Shown one piece after another: positions 1-10,850 of a stretch of 64,000 nt of DNA (its first letter is position 1; each line of letters opens with the position of its first letter). Under the pieces are notes generated by a model. It was not told the origin of the DNA and searched no databases. It was given only the letters and a program-made list of their open reading frames with translations. The position numbers were made by a program, and so were the translations under genes. The stretch spans positions 64,108,001-64,172,000 of the forward strand of contig NC_043000.1 of NCBI RefSeq assembly GCF_006345805.1, in the 5' to 3' direction. Source of the stretch: Octopus sinensis (taxonomy: Eukaryota).

Positions 1-254
1 ATATATATATATATATATATAGTAGAGATATGTTACAAAAAGAAAATATAAAATACACGTGGAAATGTAAGGGTAAAATACGAAAAATCAACGAAAATGC
101 ACATTGCAAATAAAAAAAGGCTTTTTATGACAGGTAACGACAAACATATACATTTAGATGGACTGAGGTAGTAATAAAAGTCATAAAAGTCATTATTATG
201 AGATGATTATAAGATGATAATAAAGTAATATATATATATATATATATATAATGT

Positions 255-557
255 GGAGGCGCAATGGCCCAGTGGTTAGGGCAGCGGACTTGCGGTCGTA
301 GGATCGCGGTTTCGATTCCCAGACCGGGCGTTGTGACTGTTTATTGAGCAAAAACCCCTAAAAGCTCCACGAGGCTCTGGCAGGGGGTGGTGATCCCTGC
401 TGTACTCTTTCACCACAACTTTCTCTCACTCTTTCTTCTGTTGGCCTGCTCGCTTAGCCAGCGGGGTGGCGTCATTCAAAGGCTAAAACAATGCGAACGC
501 ATTGTGACCAGTGATGTGTAACAACATCTGATGGTCTTGTCGGTCACGTGATCACGT
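255..557 (+). mobile_element. tRNA-derived SINE (octopus-type, family not assigned)
   Basis: tRNA-like head with A-box (TGGCCCAGTGG) and B-box (GGTTTCGATTCCC). Its 3' part recurs inverted at 5829-5950. Sits between (TA)n tracts. Confidence 0.85.
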
Positions 558-585
558 AATATATATATATATATATATATACATA

Positions 586-800
586 TACATTCAAAATGTG
601 ACCGTGTGTGTACCGTTGGCGATTTTTTTCCTCCGTCTTCCCTTCTTTGGATCTTTCCTTTTCTTATGTTCTGACGAAGAGCTCCGCTCGAAATGTTAAA
701 CCCTCCTTCTTTCCTTCTTTCCTGAGCGTCCAATAATACTATACTTGTTCCATGTCCTCGCGTTGTGTTTTCTCTTTGTGTTTTCATGTTTGGATTAACT
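586..800 (+). mobile_element. Penelope-like element pseudo-LTR fragment
   Basis: Pyrimidine-rich segment carrying CTGACGA-A-GAGC-TCC-GCTC-GAAA, the hammerhead-type motif typical of PLE pLTRs. Flanked by (TA)n. Confidence 0.6.
668..701 (+). ncRNA. Degenerate minimal type I hammerhead ribozyme motif
   Basis: CTGACGA 671-677, helix II GAGC/GCTC, GAAA 690-693, then TGTT-AAAC. GAAAT instead of GAAAC and a short helix I suggest decay. Confidence 0.5.
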
Positions 801-2200
801 ATATATATATATATATACCTTTATATTTTGAGCAATTCTCAAGCCTCCACTCTTCTTTTTATCATTTACTTTATGTTATTAGAACGACTTCTAACATCAT
901 TGTGTACAACATGAAAGTCCTTTCCCCATTATGACTATAGGAGATGAGTTAAAAAGTACTTATATACAAGTACTTTTTACCTTTTACTCAATGACACTAT
1001 TCATTTCTTTCTCATGTCTTTGTTTAGTGGGAAATTTATACGCCTGATTGTACATTAGTTATTGCTGTATAAATATGAAAACTGGTATCTGTTTATTTTA
1101 ATTACTTATTAAACCATAAAAATGAGTGAGAGAGAGAGAGAGAGAGAGAGAGTAAAAAGCAACTTTAAAATGGTATTCTTTTTTATATAATGTATATTTT
1201 AAAAATAAGGTTAATGTAAAGTATTAGTAATTCACATGCTAATGGGTTCAGGCTTTGTTACAGTCTTTAGTTTATATTATTCTATTTATTTAGAGATGTA
1301 TGGACAATATTCATGCTGACTGCTACAAGTTGTCATAGAGTGATGTGCTCAATATTTGAACCTTTCTAAGTTAATATCTGTTTGAAAAACGTAAAGAAAG
1401 CTTTTATGTGGTCACTTGACCTGCTAGAAACACAGTCAAATCTCTCTGAAACTAAATTTTATTATTTTGAAGAAGGGAGGATACATTAGATAATATTGTT
1501 CTAAATATTCTAAAAAAAAAACAAAACAAAATGGTTGGATTGGTCATAGCTGAAAAGCCTTGGTATGAGCAGGGATTATACAACAACACTAAGAGCATAA
1601 GAAAAGAGACTTACAGTTTCAGGAGAAATGGTTGAATGTAATGTTTGATATAAGGTTTAGTATGATGCGATGAATGTAATGTTCGATATAAGGTTTAGTA
1701 AAGATGCGATGCATGAAGAGCTGTTTGGTACATCAAGTAAGCTTAGATAGTGGTGGAACAAAACATACAGATTACATCATATTCTGTGTGGTAAAGGGTG
1801 AAATTGCAAGTAAATCATCAGATAATTTATGAAAGGAAAATTCTAAAAATACCTTTATTGTTGTGTCGTCAATTTTTCAAGAAGTAATTAAGAATAAGAG
1901 TGAGCTTTTGGGTCATGAATTGGAATCTAACATTTGCAATATTATACATTGCATTCTTCAAAATAAGTATATGAATCTAACTGTTGTGGCCAGCCTAGTG
2001 GAAAATAAGAATAACATCATGCATCAAGAGAGCCACCATTTAAGAGAATCCAGCCATGAAACACCACCTTCAGACACTAAGGTGGATGTTTTTATTTACT
2101 GAAATAACCTAGACATATTAACTTATATAGTTCATAGATGATAATCAGATATTCTCTGTATAGAATAACTTAGTTGTGCTTGAGATTTAAACTTGAGCAA

Positions 2201-2845
2201 GTATAGAAGTAAATGTAGGGAAAAGCAAATTAGATCAGAATAAAAGTATATTATATACATGAAATACAAAAAAAAAATGTATATATGTTTACATACAAAA
2301 AGGTCTTACACAGAATACAAATGATATAGAGAATTAAAGGGGTTGAAGAAAAGTATTACTAATCCAACAGCTGTTTCTGGGGGCTCAGTGATCCAAAATA
2401 ATGTTTGTAGATTGATTCCATCATAGGATGAGATGAGCCTCCATCTTCAGGGAAGAGATCTTACAGTTGAGGTGTCAAAGGAAAGAAGTTCAAAGATGGA
2501 ATGATGAAGTGTATTAGAAGAGGGAAATTGGGGAGGGATTCAGATAGAAAATAGTTGGAGGAGAAAATAAATTTCAAGAGTGAGGGATTAATAAGGAGGC
2601 TAGTAGGGAGTTATAGTGGTAGAGGTGAAAGGTAGAAGAAAGAGGGTTTGTCAGTAGTATGTGAATAGTAGTCTATTGTGCTAGTTTGTATGAAGGGTAT
2701 ATAATTGATGGTTGAGATAATGAGAAAGGGAATGTCAGACCTTTTTGTATGCAAACATATATACATTTTTTTATATTTCGTGTAATTCAATATACTTTAT
2801 ATATTGATCTGTCTAACTTGCTTTTCCCTACATTTACTTATATAC
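2201..2845 (-). mobile_element. Penelope-like fragment bounded by ~105-bp inverted arms
   Basis: 2201-2306 and 2737-2845 are inverted copies (inner 31 bp differ at one position). The core has a C/T-rich minus strand and a hammerhead motif. Confidence 0.6.
2363..2453 (-). ncRNA. Type I hammerhead ribozyme-like motif
   Basis: Minus strand reads UCC-CUGAAGA-UGGAGGCUCA...UGAGCCCCCA-GAAAC-AGCU-GUU-GGA: intact core, 10-bp helix II with one mismatch, helix I only 3 bp. Confidence 0.6.
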
Positions 2846-3002
2846 ATATATACACTGGCCAAAATAAGTTTAAAATCAACTTTGACAGTTCTATTCCTTC
2901 ATCAATATATTTTAAACAAAACTGTATAAAATTATTTTACTTTTTACAGTTTATGTAGAATTTTTTTCTCTTTCAAATGATATAGGTGTTATATGAATGC
3001 AC

Positions 3003-4869
3003 CCCCCAGTATAGACTAGTCATTAGTGACTTCCAACTCGAGACCAGGAGGATGCCTACAAACAGACCAATCCAGAAGAGAAGGATTTAGAAGCTAGAGA
3101 ACCCTTCACGTGGTCAGTGATTTAGGGACATCCTCATCAAGAAATTTGATGAGAAGGAGGAGGAACTACAGTCCTTGGATAAAGAAGGTAGCTGGAAATT
3201 CTTATGGGATAGCTTACTGAGTGCCACAGGCCAAGTCAGTGGATGGTGCAAAGTCCCTTCCAGACCTAGAGTAGGGTGGTGGTGGAATAATACAGTAGAC
3301 AAAGCCATCAGAGCAAAGAAACAGGCCTGGAAAGCCTGGAAGGGTGGGGGTAGCAGGGAACCGTACCAGATAGCCAAAAGTGAAGCTGGGTGACACATAT
3401 ATATGGCCAACAGTGAAGCAGAAAAGAAGAAATTTGCCAATGTCCAGCAACGTGAGGACCAAAGAACTGAAGTATTCCGGATTGCAAGACAGTATGTGAG
3501 AGAAAATTGTGATGTCACAGGAGAGAAATGTGTCTACATGGATGATGGTGCACTTATTTTTAATGATTCGGAAAAGAAAGAGGCTTGGAGGAGCCATTAT
3601 GAAAGACTGTTGAACGTGGAGAATGAGTGGGAGGAGGAGAGCCTGCCAAATGTTGATCCAGTAGAGGAACCAGCTATCTGAATAGCCAGCACCCTGGTAG
3701 ATAAAGCAATTAAGGATATGAAGCCAGGAAAAGCCCACGGCCCATCAGGAATCACTGCTGAGATGCTTAAAATATCTAGTGGTGTGGGCTATGGCCTAGT
3801 CATCTGTATTATAAACTAGGTAGTTCATGATGGAGTCATACCCAATGACTGGAGTAGCAGCACCATAGTCAACTACTACAAAGGTAAAGGTGATGCTTTA
3901 AATAGAAATAACTACAGGGGTATCAAACTGCTAGATCATGTGTTGGAGGTCACAGAGAGGGTCATAGCCCAACTAATTAGGGAGTGAGTCTGCTTAGATG
4001 AGATGCAGTTTGGTTTAGTGTCAGGTAGAAGCACCACTAATGCTATATTCCTGGTACGGCAACTGCAGGAGAAATACCTAGGCAAAGATAAACCCCTACA
4101 CTTGGCTTTTGTTGACTTGGAGAGAGCCTTTGATAGGGTTCCCCGATCCCTTATCTGGTGTGCAAAGAGAAAACTGGGGACTGACGAATGGTTAAGGGAT
4201 GGACAGGCCCTATACAGAGATGCCGTCAGTAGGGTTAGGATTGGAAATGAGTATAGTGAAGAATTCCGGGTAGAAGTAGGAGTCCACCAAGGATCAGCCC
4301 TCAGCCCCCTCTTATTCATCATAGTCCTCCTGGCAATAACAAAGGAATTGAGGACAGGTTGCCCCTGGGAACTACTCTATGCTGATGATCTAGCCCTCAT
4401 AGCAGAATCACTACCAGAACTAGAGAAGAAATTTCAAGTTTGGGGAAGCAAGGTTCAGAATTGAAGAGTCAATGTTACAAAAACCAAAGTTCTAGTAAGT
4501 AGGAAGGCAAACACGTCACACACCCCTTCAGGTAGGTGGCCCTGTTCAATCTGTAGAAAAGGTATAGGTAGAAACTCCATAAGATGTACCCAATGAAAGC
4601 TATGGACACATAAGAGGTGCAGCAACATCAGTGGAAGATTAACTGGGAAGATAGCTTTCACGTGCAGCAGATGCACAGGGGCAATAAACACCACAGATGC
4701 TCAGAAAACAGACTCCATCACATGCCAGGGAGAGAAACTAAAATTAGTTGATAGCTTCCACTACCTAGATGACCAAGTCTGTAGTGGGGGTGGTTGCTCA
4801 GAGAGTGTTACCACTAGAATAAGAATAGCCTGGGCAAAGTTCAGAAAGCTTCTACCCCTACTGGTGACA
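3003..4869 (+). mobile_element. RTE-clade LINE fragment (decayed ORF2: linker plus reverse transcriptase)
   Basis: Frames give QFGLVSGRSTTNAIF, AFVDLERAFDRVPR, GVHQGSALSPLLF, LLYADDL and TRIRIAWAKF, with stops and frameshifts. Both 5' end and 3' tail are missing. Confidence 0.95.
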
Positions 4870-4940
4870 ATTGCTGCCAATTTTTAATCATCTGAATTAA
4901 TTGCACATTAAAATTATTCAAATTGTAAAAAGATATATAT

Positions 4941-5177
4941 AAGGTGGCGAGCTGGCAGAACCGTTAGCATGCCGAGCGAAATGCTTAGCAGTATTTCGTC
5001 TGCTGTTACATTCTGTGTTCAAATTCCACCGAGGTCAACTTTGCCTTTCATCTTTTTGGGAGTCAATAAATTAAGTACCAGTTACGCACTGGAATCAATG
5101 TAATCGACTTAATCCCTTTGTCTGTCCTTGTTTGTCCCTTCTATGTTTAGGCCCTTGTGGGCAATAAAGAAATAAGA
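4941..5177 (+). mobile_element. tRNA-derived SINE with Meta/MESC-like core
   Basis: AAGGTGGCGAGCTGGCAGAA head, GTTCAAATTCC B-box, TTTGCCTTTCATC...AATTAAGTACCAG core, and AAGATATATA target-site duplication on both sides. Confidence 0.85.
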
Positions 5178-5232
5178 TATATAATGCTTGTATCATTCAA
5201 AAGAGAAAAAAATTCTATATAAACTGTAAACA

Positions 5233-5399
5233 GGCGCAGGAGTGGCTGTGTGGTAAGTAGCTTGCTTACCAACCGCATGGTTCCGGGTTCAGTTCCACTG
5301 TGTGGCACCTTGGGCAAGTGTCTTCTACTATAGTTTGGGGCTGACCAAAGCCTTGTGAGTGGATTTGGTAGACGGAAACTGAAAGAAGCCCGTCGTATA

Positions 5400-5439
<40 letters not shown>

Positions 5440-5692
5440 CTATAGATATAATATAATATATATGTGTATGTGCGTGTTGTGTGTCTATGTTTGCCCCACA
5501 ACATCGCTTGACAACCGATGCTGGTGTGTTTACGTCCCCGTAACTTAGCGGTTTGGCAAAAAGAGACCGATAAAATAAGTACTAGGCTTACAAAGAATAA
5601 GTCCCAGGGTTGATTTGATCGACTAAAGGCGGTGCTCCAGCATGGCCACAATCACAGGACTGAAACAAGTAAAAGAGAATAAAAGTAAAAGA
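5233..5692 (+). mobile_element. Composite tRNA-derived SINE (head + CORE-like block + TA/TG microsatellite + 3' module)
   Basis: GGCGCAGGAGTGGCTGTGTGGTAAG head, GGTTCAGTTCC B-box, CACCTTGGGCAAG block and 3' CAGCATGGCC...GACTGAAACAAGTAAAAG. More than a dozen relatives occur in the window. Confidence 0.9.
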
Positions 5693-5828
5693 GTAAAATA
5701 ATTTTTTACAGTTTTGTTAAAAATATATTAATGAAGGAATAGAACTGTCAAAATTGGTTTTAAACTTATTTTGGTGTGTGTGTGTGTATATATATGTGTG
5801 TGTGTATATATGTATATATATATATATA

Positions 5829-5948
5829 TATGTATATATCACGTGACCGACCAGACCATCAGATGTTGTTACACATCGCTGGTCACAATGCGTTCGCATT
5901 GTTTTAGCCTTCGAATGACGCCACCCCGCTGGCTAAGCGAGCAGGCCA

Positions 5949-5950
<2 letters not shown>
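5829..5950 (-). mobile_element. 3' part of the SINE family seen at 255-557
   Basis: Near-identical reverse complement of ~440-553. Confidence 0.85.
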
Positions 5951-6004
<54 letters not shown>

Positions 6005-6006
<2 letters not shown>

Positions 6007-6645
6007 GGTATATTTACAAATTGAGATAGGGGTTGTAAATGCAACCCTCCATGGGATAACATATATCCAATATACTGCTAGTGAAGTACCCAACAAAGTT
6101 AATACATAATTGTTAAGGATTGCGATGCAATCAATTCATTTAATGTATTATATGGGCAAAGGTAAAATGATTTACCACAAATTACTAATACAAGATAAGA
6201 AAATTGAGAAATACATCTAAATCAAATATCAATTATCAGATAATACTCAATCACATACTTTATTAAACCACCACATAAGAGACTGTAGGGTTAAACATAA
6301 AAAAGCAGAACAAATCAGTGTACATAAAAGAGTAATGTTGTATAATAAGTAGAATATATATAAAAAAGAGAATATAAATATAAGTAAATATAAATATAAG
6401 TATAGCTTACATCTTACAGCTGTTTCGGCCATGTAGATAAGTATGTCTCATTTTACCAATATTAGCCTATTATGGTAGGTCAATATATGGATATAAATGA
6501 GACATTTACAAAAGTATCATAAGGCCTCTTCGGAGATATACATATACATATGAGTGCATATACTCACACTCCTATACATATAAAAATAAGAGAATAAGAA
6601 GAAGAAACAGAAAAAAGAGAAAAGAGAAAGAAATAGGGAAAGAAG
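6005..6645 (-). mobile_element. Penelope-like pseudo-LTR fragment, cut by an assembly gap
   Basis: On the minus strand: T/C-rich leader, hammerhead at 6540-6408, then AATAAA downstream (plus-strand TTTATT near 6260). Confidence 0.55.
6408..6540 (-). ncRNA. Type I hammerhead ribozyme-like RNA with extended helix II
   Basis: Minus strand reads UAUAUCU-CCGAAGA-GGCC-(92 nt)-GGCC-GAAAC-AGCU-GUA|AGAUGUA. Helix I is 7 bp; the insert contains a perfect 11-bp stem. Core position 4 is C instead of U. Confidence 0.75.
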
Positions 6646-6745
6646 NNNNNNNNNNNNNNNNNNNNNNNNNNNNNNNNNNNNNNNNNNNNNNNNNNNNNNN
6701 NNNNNNNNNNNNNNNNNNNNNNNNNNNNNNNNNNNNNNNNNNNNN
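6646..6745. other. Assembly gap (100 N)
   Basis: Run of n characters, followed by a compound (TA)n/TACGTG microsatellite. Confidence 1.
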
Positions 6746-6879
6746 ATATATTATATATATATACGTGTATATATATATATATATATACGTGTATATATAT
6801 ATATATATATACGTGTATATATATATATATACGTGTATATGTATGTATATATATACGTGTATATATATATATATACGTG

Positions 6880-6910
<31 letters not shown>

Positions 6911-9393
6911 TATATATATATATTATATTATGGAGGACAGATAAATTAATGCTTTGAGTTAATTAGTTTCAACTGCAGTTGTTGTTGATTTTAGCCCCCA
7001 GGTCAGCCCTTATTGAAAAGATGTCTAATCAAAAGTAATGTATCCATGACCTTTAAAACATAGTGTCTAAAGCTATCATTATCTACTGAATTATTTTCAT
7101 CTTTTAAGATAGTGGGTTATGCTTTGCAGGAGAATTGCCTATTATTTCAAACAAGTCGAACAACCACATTAGGCGCTTCCTCATTGGTTGGTTAGTGTGA
7201 ATTACATACCGGTGGTTGAAAAGATGCAAAAGATACAGAGATAGGTTTGCTGCTTGCTTCTTGGTTCTAATTATATAAATTCTGCTGGTCAGTTATAATG
7301 ATGAATGCTAAAATGGATGTAAGGCCTCACATTTAGTGGGAAGAGTACAATTGATTCCATCAATCTTAATGCTTGACTGGTACTTTATTTGATTGATCCC
7401 AGAAGTATGAAAGGCAGGCTGACAACTAAACACTTGCTGGTATTTTTATCCGAGGTTCAAATTATTGTTTCACATATATGGTTTCTATAATAAAACAGGA
7501 CTAAATACTGATCTTACACCTAGTTCATGCTATTTCTTTATTGATATATTGTTGGCATAACAATCGTTTCACTTATCTTTTGAAAATTTTTCGATTACCC
7601 AATTTTACTCAGATTCATACCACTTTTACAAATTTTACTTACTGCTAAGATTATTTTTATAGATGAATTTTATCAAAGAATTAACAATAATACAAGAAAT
7701 AAATGGAATGTGACTGCGATAATCTTTATTTAATTCATTGAAATAGCAAGAACAATGGCAACACATTTCGATTCTTTTTAATGTAGGTTGTTGGTAAACA
7801 TTAAGTACTGATTACTCATTGTGAAAACAGATTCCAGAATCACTTTATTCATATCAAACCAAATAAATGTTTTGTTTAATGCTACATTTCATGCTTTTTT
7901 TCCCTTTCTTTTTCTTTTTTGTGTTTTTTTTTTCTTTTTTTTTCATTGAAAGCTGGAACTGATGTTATTTGCTTGTATAATCAAATGATTGATTTTACCT
8001 TGATTGGATGTTAAATGGTTTAGTGTTTTGAAAAGTTATCCAGTATCCAATTGTGAGGTTGGCTCTAACATGACTATACTAAAAAACAGTATAACATTCT
8101 TCATGTTTTGTTTAGTTGTCCCAGGCCAGCCCAGCCCAGCCCTGATCTTTGTTATGCAGATATTCAGTTGAATGACCTCATACGACTCAAATGTATTTTT
8201 TTAAGATGATAGAGTAAAAATTTGAAGATTTGGCTGCTATTTCTAACAAGTCAAACTACTATGTTCAGCAAGGGTTCCCTAGGTGAGGCACTTGTCCTAC
8301 CAGTGGGGCTTGGCAATGTTTTGGTGGAACGTGTAAGGTGGCGTGCTGGCAGAATCATTAGCACGTTGGACAAGATGCTTAATGACATTTCGTTTGTCTT
8401 TACGTTCTGAGTTCAAATTCTGCTGAATCAACTTTAACTGGTGAGGTGGAATGCCAATACTAAAAGTAGAGTCAAATTTATTTAGTTTTGAATGGGACAT
8501 CATGTATGACTAATGGTTTCTACAAACAGATTGGTTAAATAAGCCATTAAGCAAAAATTAAACTGCTGGTCAAAAGTAGTTTTATAATGAGCAGTAATAT
8601 TTATCCCCACTTAAATGTGACTGTTTTCTCAGAACATCCAACCTTTTTATAATATATGTGAGATGGGTTTCTGTACAGTTTCTCTGTATCAAATGTTACT
8701 CAAAAGGCATTTACCAACCCAAGTTTATGATACAACTCATGTACCCAAGATCTGTGCTATCAGTCCATCCCAAATGGTTACAGAGTAAACTTCTTAACCA
8801 TATAGCCATTCAAGCATAATTTTGAACACTTGTGCACCTGTGTAAAAAGAATATATTCCTGTGATAAGACTGATAACTTGAATTTAGAAACACATTGACC
8901 TTTTCTGTTTTCTTGATTATTATGTCCTCTACACACATGCACACACACACACACACACACACACACGAACATACCAGTGCAGTTTGCTGAGTTGTTTGAT
9001 TGTCGAGTTATTTGAATCGAATTTAAAAATTAGTAGGTGCTTTTTTATTGAATCTGAAAAGCAAAGTAGGATTTGAACTCAAAGGGCAGAAGTTTGAAAC
9101 TAACACACACACACAGTATCATGCCATTTAGTCTGAAAGTCTTAACATTTTGTTTTTTGTTCCATCTGGTGATGATAATACCTATTTATTCATAAACGCA
9201 CTCATGTATAATGTACCTGGACCATGGGTCATTTGGTACTGGACCACACACAAAGAATAAATTTTAAAATTTTATCAACTAGCACTGTCTGCAGGATGTT
9301 TTTGCATTATATGCGTGCTATACATGTAATATGTATGTATTATGTATATAATTATTGATTTCAAATTTGTGTTTTGATGATGATATTCTCTAG

Positions 9394-9520
9394 TCTGTGG
9401 AAAAAATTATCTTGAATGAAGTGAATCAGCAATGTAAAAATGTTGAGGGCTGCTGTTGTGCACCTTTGTTTTTAAACAGTGGAATACCAGAAAAAAATGT
9501 CTTGAGTGTTGTATGCACAG
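9394..9520 (+). CDS. Candidate internal exon of an unidentified upstream gene
   Basis: TTCTCTAG acceptor, CAG|GTAATC donor, and 127 nt open in phase 0: SVEKIILNEVNQQCKNVEGCCCAPLFLNSGIPEKNVLSVVCT. No family recognised. Confidence 0.5.
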
Positions 9521-10123
9521 GTAATCTTTGAGAAAAGTGACAGAATTAAAAATGAATCCAGTGATAATGGGAAATGTGATAAAAATTACATGGCTTTCAC
9601 AAAATACTGAAATGAATAAGTAAATGCTTCAAAATTGGTGAATTATACATGACTGTAACTTTTTTATCTTTGATATTTTTCTTAAAACAATCTTTAGATT
9701 TCTAAGTTATGTCATTATAACTTGTAAGATATATTTGGCTGTAATATATATCTAGTAAAGCCCTATGCATGTAAACCTTCTCCAGCACTATATGACCTGG
9801 TGGTGGTGGTGATGGGGGCAATACCCTCCCCTGCCACCTTTAAGTAGACCATTGGAGCTTCAGCTACCATGACTAGACTTGGGATGAATACTGGAGTGGT
9901 TTCCCATTGCCTTCTCCAGCCAAGTGAGATTTGATCTCACAATATAGAGAGCTGGAAGATATACCATAAAGCATCTTTGTCGACACGCCAACAATTTTGG
10001 CACTCTCCCACCAGCAGAGCAATGGGAAATGAAGTGTTTTTCTCAGGAACAAAATGCACAGTCTGGGAATTGAATCTACAATCTAGCAATTATGACTGCA
10101 ACACCCTAACCACTACCACCAGA

Positions 10124-10850
10124 ATAATCCTTCTGCTTCAGGCACAAAGCCTGGAATTTGGCAGGAGAGGGCAAGTTTACTACATCGACCCCAATGCTTA
10201 ATTAGTATCTATTTTATTGACCTTGATAGGATGAAAGGCAAAGTCAACCTTGGCAGAATTTGAACTCAGAACATAAAGCTGTAAGAAATGTCACAAAGCA
10301 TTTTGTCCAGCATGGTAATGATTCTGCCAGCTTGCTACCTCTAATCCTTTCTGCTATAGGAACAAAGCCTGAAATTTTGGAGGAGGGGTTACTTACATTT
10401 ACCTCAGTGCTCAACTGATATTTATTGACTCTGAAAGGATGAAAGGAAATGCTGCCAAGCATTTTATCCTGTCTGCTAATGATTCTGCCAACCTGCCACC
10501 TTCGCTACCTTAATAATAATAATCCTTGCTACTATAGGCACAAGGCTTGAAATTTGGGTGGGTTGGGGAGACTAGTCGATTACATCAAACCCAGTGTTTC
10601 ACTGGTACTTAATTTATCGACCCTGAAAGGATGAAAGGCAAAGTTAACCCCAGTAGAATTTGAACTCAGAACATAGCAATGGATGAAATATTGCTAAGCA
10701 TTTCATCCAGCATGCTAATGATTCTACCAGCTCGCCACCAAGCTGATTACATCAACCCCAATGTTTAACTGATACTTATTTTATCAACTCCAAAAGAATG
10801 AAAGGCAAAGTTAACCTTAACAGAATTTGAACTCAAGACATAAAGAGCTG
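10124..10850 (-). mobile_element. Head-to-tail array of four Meta-core SINE copies
   Basis: Four consecutive reverse-complement copies containing GGATGAAAGG...GAATTTGAACTCA. Three end in CTGCCAG/CTACCAG head sequence. Confidence 0.85.

Larger units (their letters stand above)
2853..5774. mobile_element. Non-autonomous TIR element (Tc1/mariner-type, TA target) with nested insertions
   Basis: Left arm 2853-~2995 (TA|CACTGGCCAAAATAAG...) matches in inverted orientation 5180-5230 plus 5693-5774. The right arm is split by a SINE. Confidence 0.6.

Noticed and set aside
255-330. tRNA gene (and similar tRNA-like heads throughout)
   Set aside because: A/B boxes run straight into SINE bodies present in many diverged copies, and I could not fold a complete cloverleaf.
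476-934. ORFs 476-787(-) and 752-934(+), plus the many [12 protein letters not shown] ORFs
   Set aside because: They are translations of microsatellites and SINE/PLE sequence, with no splice or homology support.
7661-7782. 122-nt exon from the acceptor at 7660 to the GTAGGT donor
   Set aside because: All three frames contain stops. Only a 36-nt sub-exon is open, mentioned as a weak candidate.
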